A stretch of DNA of 64,000 nucleotides, taken from NCBI GenBank assembly GCA_963752285.1, contig CAVVXN010000005.1, forward strand, positions 608,001 through 672,000. Reading direction: 5' to 3'. Position numbers and translations under genes: made by a program. The stretch comes from an uncultured Planctomycetota bacterium (GTDB taxonomy: Bacteria > Planctomycetota > PLA2 > JAEUHO01). The notes under the pieces are model-generated. The model worked only from the letters and a program-made list of their open reading frames with translations. It had not been told where the DNA came from and ran no database searches. How positions within the stretch are numbered: position 1 is the first letter of the stretch; the number at the start of each line of letters is the position of its first letter. Shown in pieces: positions 50,140 through 59,809 of this stretch.

Positions 50140-50527
50140 CCGTGCGGCGCGAGGGCCGCCGTGCTTTCTTCCCGTGGCCCCGCGCAGCGCGACGGTTCGG
50201 TGGCGCCGAGGAACGTTCGGAACGGACACGCGGCGTAGGGAAGGACGAGCCCTTGGGTGCGAGGCTGGTCGGAGCACCGGTCATCGGGGAGACGGTGAGC
50301 ACGATTCCGACGCGGTCCCCCACGGCGATCGCGGCCTGCGGGGCGTGCGGTCGCCTCGTTCGTCGCCGGGAGGAGGATCCAATCCACGCCGGACTCGAGC
50401 CCGTCCGTGTTCGGGACGCTCCCCGGGTCGAGGCCCAGTACGCCGGGTTGGATCGCTTGGGACTTCCCTCCAAAGCCGCGTGCGAAGAGCAGGGCCCCGA
50501 CGTGCGCGCCGCGACGTCGCGCGCGGG

Positions 50528-51562
50528 TCAGTCGCGGTTCGCGGGCCGACGGGTGAGTCGCCGCTGGATCGACTGGGCGCGGAAGGCGTGGCGGTGGGCC
50601 GCCGCCTCCCGACCCGTCTTCTGGAGGGCCATCGCCAGCGCGAAGTGGGCGTGGACGAGGCCCCATCCGAACACGCGCGAGCCCGGAGAGCCCGCCGATG
50701 CGCGGCGGGCCTCGGCCACCGCTTCCCGGAGGAGCCCGACCGCCCCGTCCGGGTCGTCGCGCCGCGCTTCCACCTCGCCCGCGTGGCGTAGCGCGCCCGC
50801 GAGCTCGTGGTGGATCTCCGGCGAGGCGCCGTCCCGCTCGAGGACGAGGCGGTAGCGCTCCACGGCGCGCTCCAGGCATACCGCCGCCTCCGCGTGTCGG
50901 TCGAGCGCGGCGAGCAGGTCTCCGAGCGAGGTGTAGCCGGAGGCCAGGAACCGCTGCACCGCGAGGTCCGAGGGGAGCGCCTCGGGGTCCGAGGGGCGCT
51001 CGTCCGCGAGCCCCTCGAGAATCGCGACCAGCTCCATCAGGAGGGGGACGGCCTCCGACGTCCGGCGAAGCTCCCAGTAGGACCACGCGAGGCGCTGCAG
51101 GGAGGCTGCGACGTCGTGCCGGAGGCGCCGGTCCGAGGGTGCCGTCGCGAGCAGCCCGCGCGCGATCCGGAGACTGCGGAGCGCCGGCCCGGCGGCGGCC
51201 TCGTCGCGACCCAGGTCCCGGAGCGTGTCGCCGAGGGCGTCGCAGGCGAGGCTCAGGTCGCGCTGGATCTCCGGGTCGGACGGATGTCGGCGCGCCTCGC
51301 GCTCCGCGATGCGGAACGCCTCCTTCACGAGCGGCAGGGCCTCGCCCGCGCGGTCCATCCGCCGAAGGACCGAGCCGCATCGCAGGAGCGCGTGGACCAC
51401 GTACGGCGCGGCGTCTGCGTCGGGCCGGGCCTGACGGTCCCACGCGCGGAGGGCCTCGAGCATGCGCTGGAAGCACCCGAGCGCCTCCGGAAGGCTGCCG
51501 AGGTCTTGGAGCGCGAGGCCCTCTCGCTCCAACGAGACCGCGCGGGAGAAGGGGTCGTCCAT
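50528..51562 (-). CDS. Tetratricopeptide repeat protein
   Basis: Repeats such as PSDPEIQRDLSLACDALGD, RHDVAASLQRLA, LASGYTSLGDL. Confidence 0.8.
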   Translation of the reverse strand: MDDPFSRAVSLEREGLALQDLGSLPEALGCFQRMLEALRAWDRQARPDADAAPYVVHALLRCGSVLRRMDRAGEALPLVKEAFRIAEREARRHPSDPEIQRDLSLACDALGDTLRDLGRDEAAAGPALRSLRIARGLLATAPSDRRLRHDVAASLQRLAWSYWELRRTSEAVPLLMELVAILEGLADERPSDPEALPSDLAVQRFLASGYTSLGDLLAALDRHAEAAVCLERAVERYRLVLERDGASPEIHHELAGALRHAGEVEARRDDPDGAVGLLREAVAEARRASAGSPGSRVFGWGLVHAHFALAMALQKTGREAAAHRHAFRAQSIQRRLTRRPANRD

Positions 51563-51955
51563 CGGTCGCACGCGAGCTCCACGCTCGAAGTGATCCTTCG
51601 CTCGACTCCGCAGTCGCACCGGAGCCGGCGCCAGCATACTGTCCGGGAGGCGGCACGGACCCGGCGCGCACCCCGCGCGACGGACTACGCTCTGCGGCCC
51701 GTGCAGTTTGGGCCGGCGGCCCGGGGCCCGGGAGGCGGCGCAAAGCGCGGTGATGTCGTTCGACGGCGTTCGGGTTCGGTCGCCCGGTCGGTGGCTCCGG
51801 TCGCGTACGCTCACCGACCGTCGCGTCGCCGAGGGGCTCCGCGGCGCGCGGGTCGGTGGCGCTTCCCTCCGCGACACGGTCGCGGGCGGGTGCACGCCGA
51901 AGGGGGGCCGGCACGCGATCCCGTCTTCGGGGGCTTCCGCGACGGAGGGCGAGGC

Positions 51956-52261
51956 GTGAGCCGCACGGTCGTCGCCACGATCGGGGTCGGGATGGTGGCG
52001 GGCACCTTGGAGCTCCTCTACCCGCCGTGGGACCTCTTCTTTCCGCCCGGGTCCGCGCGGGCCACGCCGGCCCCGGCGCTCGGGACGGTCGCGATGTTCC
52101 TCGTGACCGGAGCGTTCACCGGCGCGTTCGCGAAGCTCCTGCGAAGCGGGGGCTCGAAGCGACCGGCGGACCTGCTCGTCCTCCTGCCGATGGTCGCGAT
52201 CGCCCTCGGCTTCGTCGTCCTGGCGGGCGTGCTCGTCTTCGTGTGGGTGGGAGCGCCGTAG
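51956..52261 (+). CDS. Small membrane protein (about 3 TM)
   Basis: GGAGG/GAGG SD plus GTG; three hydrophobic segments. Confidence 0.55.
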   Translation: MSRTVVATIGVGMVAGTLELLYPPWDLFFPPGSARATPAPALGTVAMFLVTGAFTGAFAKLLRSGGSKRPADLLVLLPMVAIALGFVVLAGVLVFVWVGAP

Positions 52262-52847
52262 CAAGACCCAGCCCGGACGACCCACGAAGCCCGCGACGTG
52301 TTCGACGGGCGTGTCGGCTACGGCTCGCCTCGCGACCGCTGGGCGATCCCGCCTTTCCCGACTGATGTCCTTCGTGCGCCAGGGCCCCGACGGCAAGGGG
52401 GGGAGGGGGCGACACCGCGCCCTGGTTCGTGATGGGGGGGCGCCGGCGACGAACGACGCCGTCATCGGGTCCTGGCGCGCGCCGGGCCGCGGGATGCAGG
52501 GAGGTTCATGGGCCCTGCGGGCCGGAGCCCGCAGGGCGCCGCCGGCGCCACGAGCACGAGGCCGGGCACGTCCGATCGCGATCCGGGGGTCTCGCGAAGC
52601 CAAGGCGCGCGAACCCGAGCCCTCCGGGCGGGGCGCACGTGACGAGAAGCGCAACGGTCGCGGCGTCGTCGCGTTCTCCCACCAGCGCATGCGAAGACCC
52701 CGTGCGAGCGGCCCCCCGAGGCCAGGTCGAGCGCGCGCGTGTCCGGGAGGAGGGCCCCTCTCTCGAAGCGGTCGATCGACGCGATGAATCGGGAAGAGCG
52801 GCGCGCCCACCGAGGCGCGCCGGACGCCGGGTGCGCGCTCGCGCCGG

Positions 52848-53699
52848 CTACGCGAAGCGGATCATGGCCGAGCGGGCGTGGAGGCGGTACCCGATTCGCT
52901 GGTAGATGGCGTTCGACGTCGGGTTCGCGAGGTCCGTGTAGAGGAAGCAGAATCGGTGGCCCCGCTCGAGGAGGGAACGGCTGACCGCGGCGACCAACGC
53001 GGTCCCGTAGCCCCGGCGGCGCTCGGCCGGCGGCGTGTAGACGGGACCGATGCGGACGCCGTGGGGCGTCGGGCTCCCGAACCCGACGAGACACGTCGGC
53101 GCCTCGGTCTCCCAGACCCCGTAGCCCCGGTCGCGGCTCGCCGAGAGCATCTGCGCGAGACGCCGCCGCGTGTCGTCCTCGTCGAAGGGGAGGTCGGGCA
53201 TCGCCTCCTTCGCGAAGTCGCGCGTCCAGGCGAGGATCCACGCGAGGTCGTGGGGGACCGCGGCGCGCATCCTCCCCGCCGGGAGGGGGACGTCGTCCAC
53301 CGCCTCCAGCCGGTAGATGCCCTGGTCCTGACGCGCCGCGACCACGAGACCCGTCCGCGGTCCGTGCACACGCACGAGCTCCTCGACCTCCGGCAGGCCG
53401 CCGACGACGCCAGGGAGGACTTCCGCGTCCGCCACGAGGCGGGCGGAGAGCGCGTCGAGCGCCTCGGGATCGCGAGGGGCCGCGAGCACCAACAGGTGCG
53501 GCGGTGTGCGGAGCGCGGCACCGACCACCCGGTCGCCGTCCTGGACCGACCAGAGCCGATAGGCCGGGTGAACAGCCGGTCGCTCGACCAGCGTGCCGAG
53601 CAGGCCGAGGAAGAGGTTGTGTCGCGTCTCGTCCTCGAGCACGAGGTCCGCGACGCGCTCTCGGAACGCGGCGGGGTCGAGGTGCCGTTCCACGTCCAC
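52848..53699 (-). CDS. GNAT family N-acetyltransferase
   Basis: RIGPVYTPPAERRRGYGTAL, CFLYTDLANPTSNAIYQRIGY. Confidence 0.92.
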   Translation of the reverse strand: MDVERHLDPAAFRERVADLVLEDETRHNLFLGLLGTLVERPAVHPAYRLWSVQDGDRVVGAALRTPPHLLVLAAPRDPEALDALSARLVADAEVLPGVVGGLPEVEELVRVHGPRTGLVVAARQDQGIYRLEAVDDVPLPAGRMRAAVPHDLAWILAWTRDFAKEAMPDLPFDEDDTRRRLAQMLSASRDRGYGVWETEAPTCLVGFGSPTPHGVRIGPVYTPPAERRRGYGTALVAAVSRSLLERGHRFCFLYTDLANPTSNAIYQRIGYRLHARSAMIRFA

Positions 53700-53753
53700 G
53701 CGGCGAGTCTACCCGGGTTGGCGAACGCGCGACGCGCGCCGTGCGCGCGCGCC

Positions 53754-54584
53754 TCACGCGGCGTAGTGCCGTTCGGCGGGCGTCGTCTGCAACCGAACGA
53801 CGCGGCCGTCCGGGTCGAGGAGGCGAAGCGTCTGTGCGCCGTCCGGCGCGACGTCGGCGCCCGGCGCGCCGAGCCCGCGCTGGGCCCGGACCGTGGCGAT
53901 CCGCGAGACGTGGCCCCCGCGGACCGCGAGCGTGTCGACGCCGCCCGAAGAGAGCGTCACGCATGTCGAGCACAGCCGGCGTCCGGGCACGGGGACGTGG
54001 TCCCGGCGCGCCAGCACGACCCCCGCGTCGGGGCGCGCCACGTCCACCCGGAGCAACCCGAGCGGCTCGTAGAACGCCCCCGACGCCGCCACGTCCCGGT
54101 ACGCGAGCGACCACGACAGGTTCCCGAGGTCCAGCCCGGTCTCGGCGCGGTCGCCCTCTAGAGGCCCGGATCGCCCGCCACCGGCCGGATAGCGCGCCGT
54201 CTCCTCGGCCGTCGCGTCGAAGTACACCGTCATGTCGAAGTACACCGTCGTGTCGAAGGACACGGAGCGCCCGTCGGGATCGAGGACCTCGAGGCTCCGC
54301 TTGGTCTCGTCCCGAACCACGAGTCCGCGCGCGACGAGGGCGGCCCGCACCTCTCGGAGGTCGCCGCCGCGGAAGTTCAAGAGGTCCTTCGGGATGTGTC
54401 CCTCGAAGAGGTGGATCTCGCGCGGGCCGTTCCGGAGCATCGCCCACCCGTTCCCGGGGTCACCGCCGTACCGGGCGAGGTCGAGGCGCGCGTGGAAGTC
54501 GAGGGCCGCCGAGAGCTCGTGGACCGCGAGGGAGGGAACCAGCCAGCCCAGCGGAGGCCGCTCGGACGGGTGGATCGTCGCCAT
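53754..54584 (-). CDS. VOC/glyoxalase family protein (two domains)
   Basis: SLAVHELSAALDF...LDPDGR and SLAYRDVAASGAFYEPLG...LDPDGR. Confidence 0.7.
   Translation of the reverse strand: MATIHPSERPPLGWLVPSLAVHELSAALDFHARLDLARYGGDPGNGWAMLRNGPREIHLFEGHIPKDLLNFRGGDLREVRAALVARGLVVRDETKRSLEVLDPDGRSVSFDTTVYFDMTVYFDATAEETARYPAGGGRSGPLEGDRAETGLDLGNLSWSLAYRDVAASGAFYEPLGLLRVDVARPDAGVVLARRDHVPVPGRRLCSTCVTLSSGGVDTLAVRGGHVSRIATVRAQRGLGAPGADVAPDGAQTLRLLDPDGRVVRLQTTPAERHYAA
54216..54263. repeat. 18-bp in-frame tandem repeat (about 2.7 copies)
   Basis: GTCGAAGTACACCGTCAT / GTCGAAGTACACCGTCGT / GTCGAAGGACAC. Confidence 0.85.
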
Positions 54585-54648
54585 CGTCACCCCCCGCGCG
54601 TATTCTCCGTGCGCGGGTGGGGGGCGTCCCCCGGGTAGATTCACGCGG

Positions 54649-55857
54649 ATGACGGGCGCCGTCCTCGCGGTCTTCCTCGTCGTGTACCTGGGGATGTTCC
54701 TCGGCGGCTTCCCGGGCCTCGCCCTCGACCGGACCGGCGTGGCGCTCCTCGGGGCGATCGCGCTGGTCGTGATGGGGGCGGTCGGACCCGAGGAGGCCCG
54801 CGCCGCGATCGACGTTCCGACGATCTCCCTGCTCTTCTCACTGATGGTGGTGTCGGCGCAGCTCCGGCTCGGGGGCTTCTACGCGCGCGTGACGGAACGC
54901 CTCGCGACCGCGCGCCTCGGCGCGCCCGCGCTGCTGGCCCTGCTCTGCGCGGCGGTGGGCGTGCTGTCGGCGGTGCTCGCGAACGACGTCGTGTGCCTCG
55001 CGACGGCCCCCGTGCTCGTGGAGGGCACGGCGCGGCGAGCCCTCGACCCGGTGCCCTTCCTGCTCGGCCTGGCGGCGTCGGCGAACGTCGGTTCGGCGGC
55101 CACGCTGATCGGGAACCCGCAGAACATGCTCGTCGGCCAGACGCTCCGCCTCTCGTTCGGCGCCTACTTCCTCGACGCGCTGGTTCCGGCGGTCGCGGGG
55201 CTCGTGGTGGTCTGGGGGGTTCTCGTCTTCCTCTACCGCGGACGCTGGCGACGTCCGACGGAGGTCGCCACGGTCGAACGTCCGCCCTTCGACGCCTGGC
55301 AAACGGCGAAGGGCCTCTCCCTCGCCGTGACCCTCGTGGTCGTGTTCGTAACGCTTCCGTGGCCGCGCGAGATCCCGGCCCTCGCCGTCGCGGGTCTGCT
55401 GCTGCTCAGTCGCAAGATGGCCTCGCGGCGCGTCCTCGCCCTGGTGGACTGGCAGCTCCTCGTGCTCTTCGCGGGGCTGTTCGTGGTGAACCACGCGCTG
55501 TCCGCGACCGGCGTCGTGAAGGAGGCCCTCCACGCGACAGCGGCCGCGGGGGTACCCCTCGCGTCGCCTCCCGTCCTGTTCGGCGCGGTGGTCGTGCTCT
55601 CGAACCTCGTGTCGAACGTGCCGGCGGTCATGCTCCTCTTGCCCGCGGCCACGCACCCGGACGCCGGCGCGGTGCTCGCGCTCGCCTCGACGCTCGCCGG
55701 AAACCTCCTGCTCGTGGGGAGCATCGCGAACCTGATCGTCGCCGAGCAGGCGGCGCGTCTCGGCGTCCGCCTCGGTTGGCGGACGCACGCGCGGGCGGGC
55801 GTCCCGATCACCCTCCTCACGCTGGCGCTCGCGGCGCTCTGGCTCGCCCTCCGATGA
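54649..55857 (+). CDS. ArsB/NhaD/CitM superfamily anion permease
   Basis: LDRTGVALLGA, LSAVLAND, NVGSAATLIGNPQN, SNLVSNVPAV, STLAGNLLLVGSIANLIV. Confidence 0.9.
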   Translation: MTGAVLAVFLVVYLGMFLGGFPGLALDRTGVALLGAIALVVMGAVGPEEARAAIDVPTISLLFSLMVVSAQLRLGGFYARVTERLATARLGAPALLALLCAAVGVLSAVLANDVVCLATAPVLVEGTARRALDPVPFLLGLAASANVGSAATLIGNPQNMLVGQTLRLSFGAYFLDALVPAVAGLVVVWGVLVFLYRGRWRRPTEVATVERPPFDAWQTAKGLSLAVTLVVVFVTLPWPREIPALAVAGLLLLSRKMASRRVLALVDWQLLVLFAGLFVVNHALSATGVVKEALHATAAAGVPLASPPVLFGAVVVLSNLVSNVPAVMLLLPAATHPDAGAVLALASTLAGNLLLVGSIANLIVAEQAARLGVRLGWRTHARAGVPITLLTLALAALWLALR

Positions 55858-56107
55858 GCCCGGCGCCGGCATCGGCCGCGTCGTGGGCCGCGCGGCAGAG
55901 GTCCGGGGGTCCGCCGGCGGTAGGGTGGTCGTCCCTCGTGAGGCCGTCCCCGAACCCCCGTCCGCCGATCCCGTCGCGCATCCCGGGCCCCGCGCCCGCG
56001 GGCCGCGCCGCCCCGGTCGCGATCGTGCCCGGCCGGGGAGGGCGACCGCCGGCGCCGGACGTCCGCGCGGCCCTCTCGGGACGGCCGCCGTCCTTCCGGT
56101 GAGGCCC

Positions 56108-57313
56108 ATGCCGGCCCTTCGACGCCTGTCGGCCCTCGTCCGGTCGTGGCCCGTCGAGACGTTCGCCGTCGTCCTCGTCCCGGGCATGTTCGCCGTCGCC
56201 ATCGTCGTGGCGACGCCCGGGGCGCTCGACGCGGCGCGCGCGGTCGGGGTCCACTTCGTCGCGCTCCAGTTCTTCTTCGCGGGCTCGTTCTTCGCGCTGT
56301 TCCTGATGGCCGTGTACGCGTACCTGGCCCTGCGCTTCGTCGTCGAGCTGATCCGCTTCGCGATCGCGCCCGACCGGACGGCCCGGAAGGCCGTCACGCG
56401 CTCGGCGGGGTCGCTCGCGGCGAGCGGGCTCTACCTCGTCTTCCTGCTCGGCGGCGGCGCGATCGTCTCGTTCCTCCTGCTCGGCCCCCTCTCCATGACG
56501 GATCCCGCCCGGATCCGGGCCGCGAGCGACCGGATGATGGCCTGGGACCACGCGCTCTTCGGCGTCTATCCGCCCCTCTGGCTGGCGCACCTCCGGGCCG
56601 GGTGGATCGCCTGGATCCTCGTACACGCGTACCACCTCCTCACGCGAATGACGTCGATGTGGATGTTCGTGCTCCTGTTCGCGAGCACGCGGCTCTTTCG
56701 GCGATTCGTGCTCTCGTTCTTCCTCGCCTCGACGCTCGCCGTGCCCCTCTGGTACCTGTTCCCCGGCGGGAGCCCGCAGGACGTGTACTGGGACGACGTG
56801 CTCGGGGGCGAAACGCCCGCCGAGATCCAGGCCTCGACGCCGGACCGCGCCGACGTCGCGCCCATCCTCGCGCGCTACCTCGAGAGCATGCGGGGGTACT
56901 GGAGCGACCCCGCGCGCGGGCGCTTCGGCGTCACGTCGTTCCCCAGCATGCACGCCGCGTGGGGCGCGATCATCGTCTACTTCGCGTTCCTGCTCTGGTG
57001 GCCGCTCGGGCTCGTCCTCGCGCCGTGGGGTCTCACGAACCTCGTCGCGACCGTGTACACGCAGCAGCACTACGCGGTGGACCCGATGGCGGGCCTGCTC
57101 CTCGCCGCCGTGGCGATCGCCCTCGCCCACGCCCTCGTCCGGTGGGACGAGCGGCGGCCGACCGCCGGACGACGGCTCTTCGCCGTGGCGGACACGGCCC
57201 AGGCGGACGTGCGGCGGCTCCTCGGTCGGCCAGGCCGGCCGGCTGCCGCGCCCGGGCCGACGCCTCCGTCGCCGCCCGGCGCGGCGCCGCGGGCGGGCCG
57301 GTTCGGCCCCTGA
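56108..57313 (+). CDS. PAP2-superfamily phosphotransferase (Aur1/Ipt1-like)
   Basis: Multi-TM; WDHALFG, YLFPGGSP, SFPSMHAAW, TVYTQQHYAVD. Confidence 0.82.
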   Translation: MPALRRLSALVRSWPVETFAVVLVPGMFAVAIVVATPGALDAARAVGVHFVALQFFFAGSFFALFLMAVYAYLALRFVVELIRFAIAPDRTARKAVTRSAGSLAASGLYLVFLLGGGAIVSFLLLGPLSMTDPARIRAASDRMMAWDHALFGVYPPLWLAHLRAGWIAWILVHAYHLLTRMTSMWMFVLLFASTRLFRRFVLSFFLASTLAVPLWYLFPGGSPQDVYWDDVLGGETPAEIQASTPDRADVAPILARYLESMRGYWSDPARGRFGVTSFPSMHAAWGAIIVYFAFLLWWPLGLVLAPWGLTNLVATVYTQQHYAVDPMAGLLLAAVAIALAHALVRWDERRPTAGRRLFAVADTAQADVRRLLGRPGRPAAAPGPTPPSPPGAAPRAGRFGP

Positions 57314-57324
57314 GCCACCGGGAC

Positions 57325-57365
57325 TTGCCGGCGCCTCGCCATTTGATATTTCTAGAACGATGGAA
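57325..57365 (+). promoter_or_regulatory. arsR promoter/operator overlapping the start codon
   Basis: TTGCCG, 16 bp, TATTTC; AT-rich imperfect dyad centred on TTCTAGAA (57350-57357) spanning the ATG. Confidence 0.6.
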
Positions 57366-57728
57366 ACGAGAGCCGCGGTCGAGGCCCTGCGGGCGCTGGC
57401 GCACGGGTCGCGGCTGGCCGTGTTCCGACGCCTCGTCGCGGAGGGGCCCGCCGGGCTCCCCGCGGGCGCGATCGCCGAGGCCCTCGACCTACCGGGGCCG
57501 ACTCTGTCGTTCCACCTGGCCCAGCTCGTACAGGGCGGGCTCGTCTGGTCGAGGCGGGAGGGACGTCAGGTGATCTACGGCGTGGACGTCGGCGGCGTCG
57601 GCGCGCTCGTCGGCTTCCTGACGAACGACTGCTGTGGGGGACGCGCCGAGCTCTGTGGGCTCGGACCGCGCACCGCCGCTCCGACGCCGAAGCCGCGTCG
57701 CGCGAGACGCACCCGGGCGCCGCGCTGA
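57360..57728 (+). CDS. arsR: ArsR/SmtB family regulator with C-terminal CC...C As(III) site
   Basis: ALAHGSRLAVFRRLV..GP.G..AG, TLSFHL, FLTNDCCGGRAELC. Confidence 0.9.
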   Translation: METRAAVEALRALAHGSRLAVFRRLVAEGPAGLPAGAIAEALDLPGPTLSFHLAQLVQGGLVWSRREGRQVIYGVDVGGVGALVGFLTNDCCGGRAELCGLGPRTAAPTPKPRRARRTRAPR

Positions 57729-57759
57729 CCGGCGCTCCGGGACCCGAAGGGAGATCGAG

Positions 57760-58221
57760 ATGGCGAAGCAGAACGTGCTCTTCCTCTGCACCGGCAACTC
57801 GGCGAGGAGCCAGATGGCCGAGGCGCTCCTCCGGTCCCTCGGGGGCGACCGTTTCGAGGCGTACTCCGCGGGCGTCGAGCCGAAGGGCCTCCACCCGCTC
57901 GCGATCCAGGCCATGGACGAGGTCGGGATCGACATCCGCGGCCAGCGCTCGAAGGGTCTCGGCGCGTACCTGGGCCGCCTCTACGTGCACCAGCTGATCA
58001 CCGTGTGCGACGACGCGGCGGCGCGGTGTCCCACGGCGTGGCCCAACTTGAACCACCGCGAGCACTGGAGCGTCGCGGACCCCGCCCGCGCGGAGGGCGC
58101 AGAGACCCCGCGCCTCGAGGCGTTTCGCGCCGCGCGGGACGAGCTCCGCGCGCGGATCGAGGCGTGGCTCGCGGCCCACCCGGCCGTGTCGAAGAGCGCC
58201 CCGACGCCCCGCGGCGCATGA
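57760..58221 (+). CDS. arsC: Thioredoxin-type arsenate reductase (LMW-PTP fold)
   Basis: FLCTGNSARSQMAE, SAG, TVCDDAAARCP, HWSVADP, FRAARD. Confidence 0.9.
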   Translation: MAKQNVLFLCTGNSARSQMAEALLRSLGGDRFEAYSAGVEPKGLHPLAIQAMDEVGIDIRGQRSKGLGAYLGRLYVHQLITVCDDAAARCPTAWPNLNHREHWSVADPARAEGAETPRLEAFRAARDELRARIEAWLAAHPAVSKSAPTPRGA

Positions 58222-58504
58222 CGCGCGGGTCGCGGCGGCGGGCTTCCCGGCGACGTGGCGTCCCTCCGTGCGCGCACCGCGATCGGCCGCGTGTCGGGAT
58301 CGACGAGCGGATCCTCGACGGACTCGGCTGGCATCCCCCGCGAAGGCGCGGGCCGGCGTGGAGGCGCGAGACGTCGATGAAGGGCTTCGCGTCGGGATGT
58401 CGCGGACTCGCGTGGCGCGGTCACGGCTCGGGCTCGGAGGGGTCGGGTAGGCTGGCGGCCCGCTCGGCCGCGCGGGGCCGGGGAACCCGAAGGGCATCCG
58501 ATCC

Positions 58505-59746
58505 GTGGCGAAGCGCGTGGTCGTGGTCGCGTTCCTGGTCTACGCGGCCGTGGCCGTCGCGACGGGCCGCTATCTGAACGAGCGGGACAGCGAGCCGCGT
58601 CTCGGCGCCGCGCGTCTCGCGGCGGGAGGCGACCTCACCTGGCTGCTCCACCCGTGGCACAAGCCCGTGCTGACGACGCTCGCCGCGGGCGTGATCGCCC
58701 TCGGGGGCGGCGTCGTCGGCGTGAAGGTAGTCCAAGGCGCGCTCGCCGCGGCCGCGCTCGGCCTCGCCGCGGCGGCGGCCGCGCGGTGGGGGGCCCGACG
58801 CTCCTCCGTCCTCCTGGCGGTCGTCCTCGCGGGCCTCGGGCCGTTCTGGCTCCGCGGCGTCGTCTCGGCGCTCACCGAGACCTCGTGCGCGTTCTTCCTC
58901 GCCCTGGCCCTCTGGCTCTGGTCGGAGGACCGGCCCCTCCTCTCCGCGCTCGCGATCTCGTGTTCGTTCCTCGCGCGTTTCGACGGGCTCCTCTTCGCGA
59001 TGGCATGGGCGCCCTTCCTCGTCCAGCGCCGGCGCTGGCTCGGCGTGCTCCTGCTCGGCGCCGCGCCGCTCGCGTGGAACCTGGCCGGCTGGGCCACGAC
59101 GGGCGACCCGGGGTTCCTCCTCACGCACGAGCCGCACCCGGTGACGGGTTCGCCGTACGGCCACGGATCGTTCCTCGATGTCCCCGCGCTGCTGCCCGTC
59201 ACGCTCGGCTTCGTCCTCCTGCCCGCGCTCCTCGGCGTGCGGCGCGCGCCGCGGATCGCGCTCGCGGCCGCGGGTGTCGCGATCCTCGGCCACACGATCC
59301 TGTGGGGGTTCGGGCTGATGGGCTCGCTCGGGATGCCTCGGTACCTCGTGACGATCGCGCCCGCGGCGCTCGTCGTGGCGGCGTTCGGCGTGGACCGCCT
59401 CGCGAGGTCGCTCCGCGTCGCGACCGTCGCGCTCGCCCTCCTCGCGGGCCTGGCGACGCTCGCCTACCGCGAGATCGAATGGCGCGGCGCCGTGCGCCTC
59501 GCGACCTGGCCCCAGGCGTTGACGGAGGACCCGCTCGTCGCGCGCTTGAACGGCGGCGGACCGCGACTCTCGACGTGGCGCGACGCGAAGCCCGGCGCGT
59601 ACGTCCTGTGGGAGTCGGTGTGGACCGCGCCCGAGGTGTTCGAGGCGATCCCCGCGACGCGCCTCGAGCTCGTCGCGACCCTGGAGGAACCCGCGCGCTG
59701 GCCGTGGGAGAAGGACTGGACCGGCCGTGTCTACCGCCTGCGTTGA
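58505..59746 (+). CDS. Multi-pass membrane protein, GT-C (ArnT/PMT-like) glycosyltransferase candidate
   Basis: About 10 TM; SALTE, FLARFDG, PRYL. Confidence 0.6.
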   Translation: MAKRVVVVAFLVYAAVAVATGRYLNERDSEPRLGAARLAAGGDLTWLLHPWHKPVLTTLAAGVIALGGGVVGVKVVQGALAAAALGLAAAAAARWGARRSSVLLAVVLAGLGPFWLRGVVSALTETSCAFFLALALWLWSEDRPLLSALAISCSFLARFDGLLFAMAWAPFLVQRRRWLGVLLLGAAPLAWNLAGWATTGDPGFLLTHEPHPVTGSPYGHGSFLDVPALLPVTLGFVLLPALLGVRRAPRIALAAAGVAILGHTILWGFGLMGSLGMPRYLVTIAPAALVVAAFGVDRLARSLRVATVALALLAGLATLAYREIEWRGAVRLATWPQALTEDPLVARLNGGGPRLSTWRDAKPGAYVLWESVWTAPEVFEAIPATRLELVATLEEPARWPWEKDWTGRVYRLR

Positions 59747-59809
59747 GCTCGGGCCCCGGTCACCTCCCGGCGCGGACGGGTCGGGCGTCGCGGCCGAGCG
59801 CCGCGCGGG

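Noticed and set aside
50140..50527. Intergenic stretch with a protein-like minus-strand patch (GVLGLDPGSVPNTDGLESGVDWILLP)
   Set aside because: No convincing start, SD or family motif; cannot be supported as a gene.
50965..50996. GGTCCGAGGGG repeated 21 bp apart in the TPR gene
   Set aside because: Short in-frame duplication (PSD...PSD) within a repeat protein; unremarkable.
52262..52847. 590-bp gap containing short ORFs on both strands
   Set aside because: No codon bias, motif or RNA structure that I can support.
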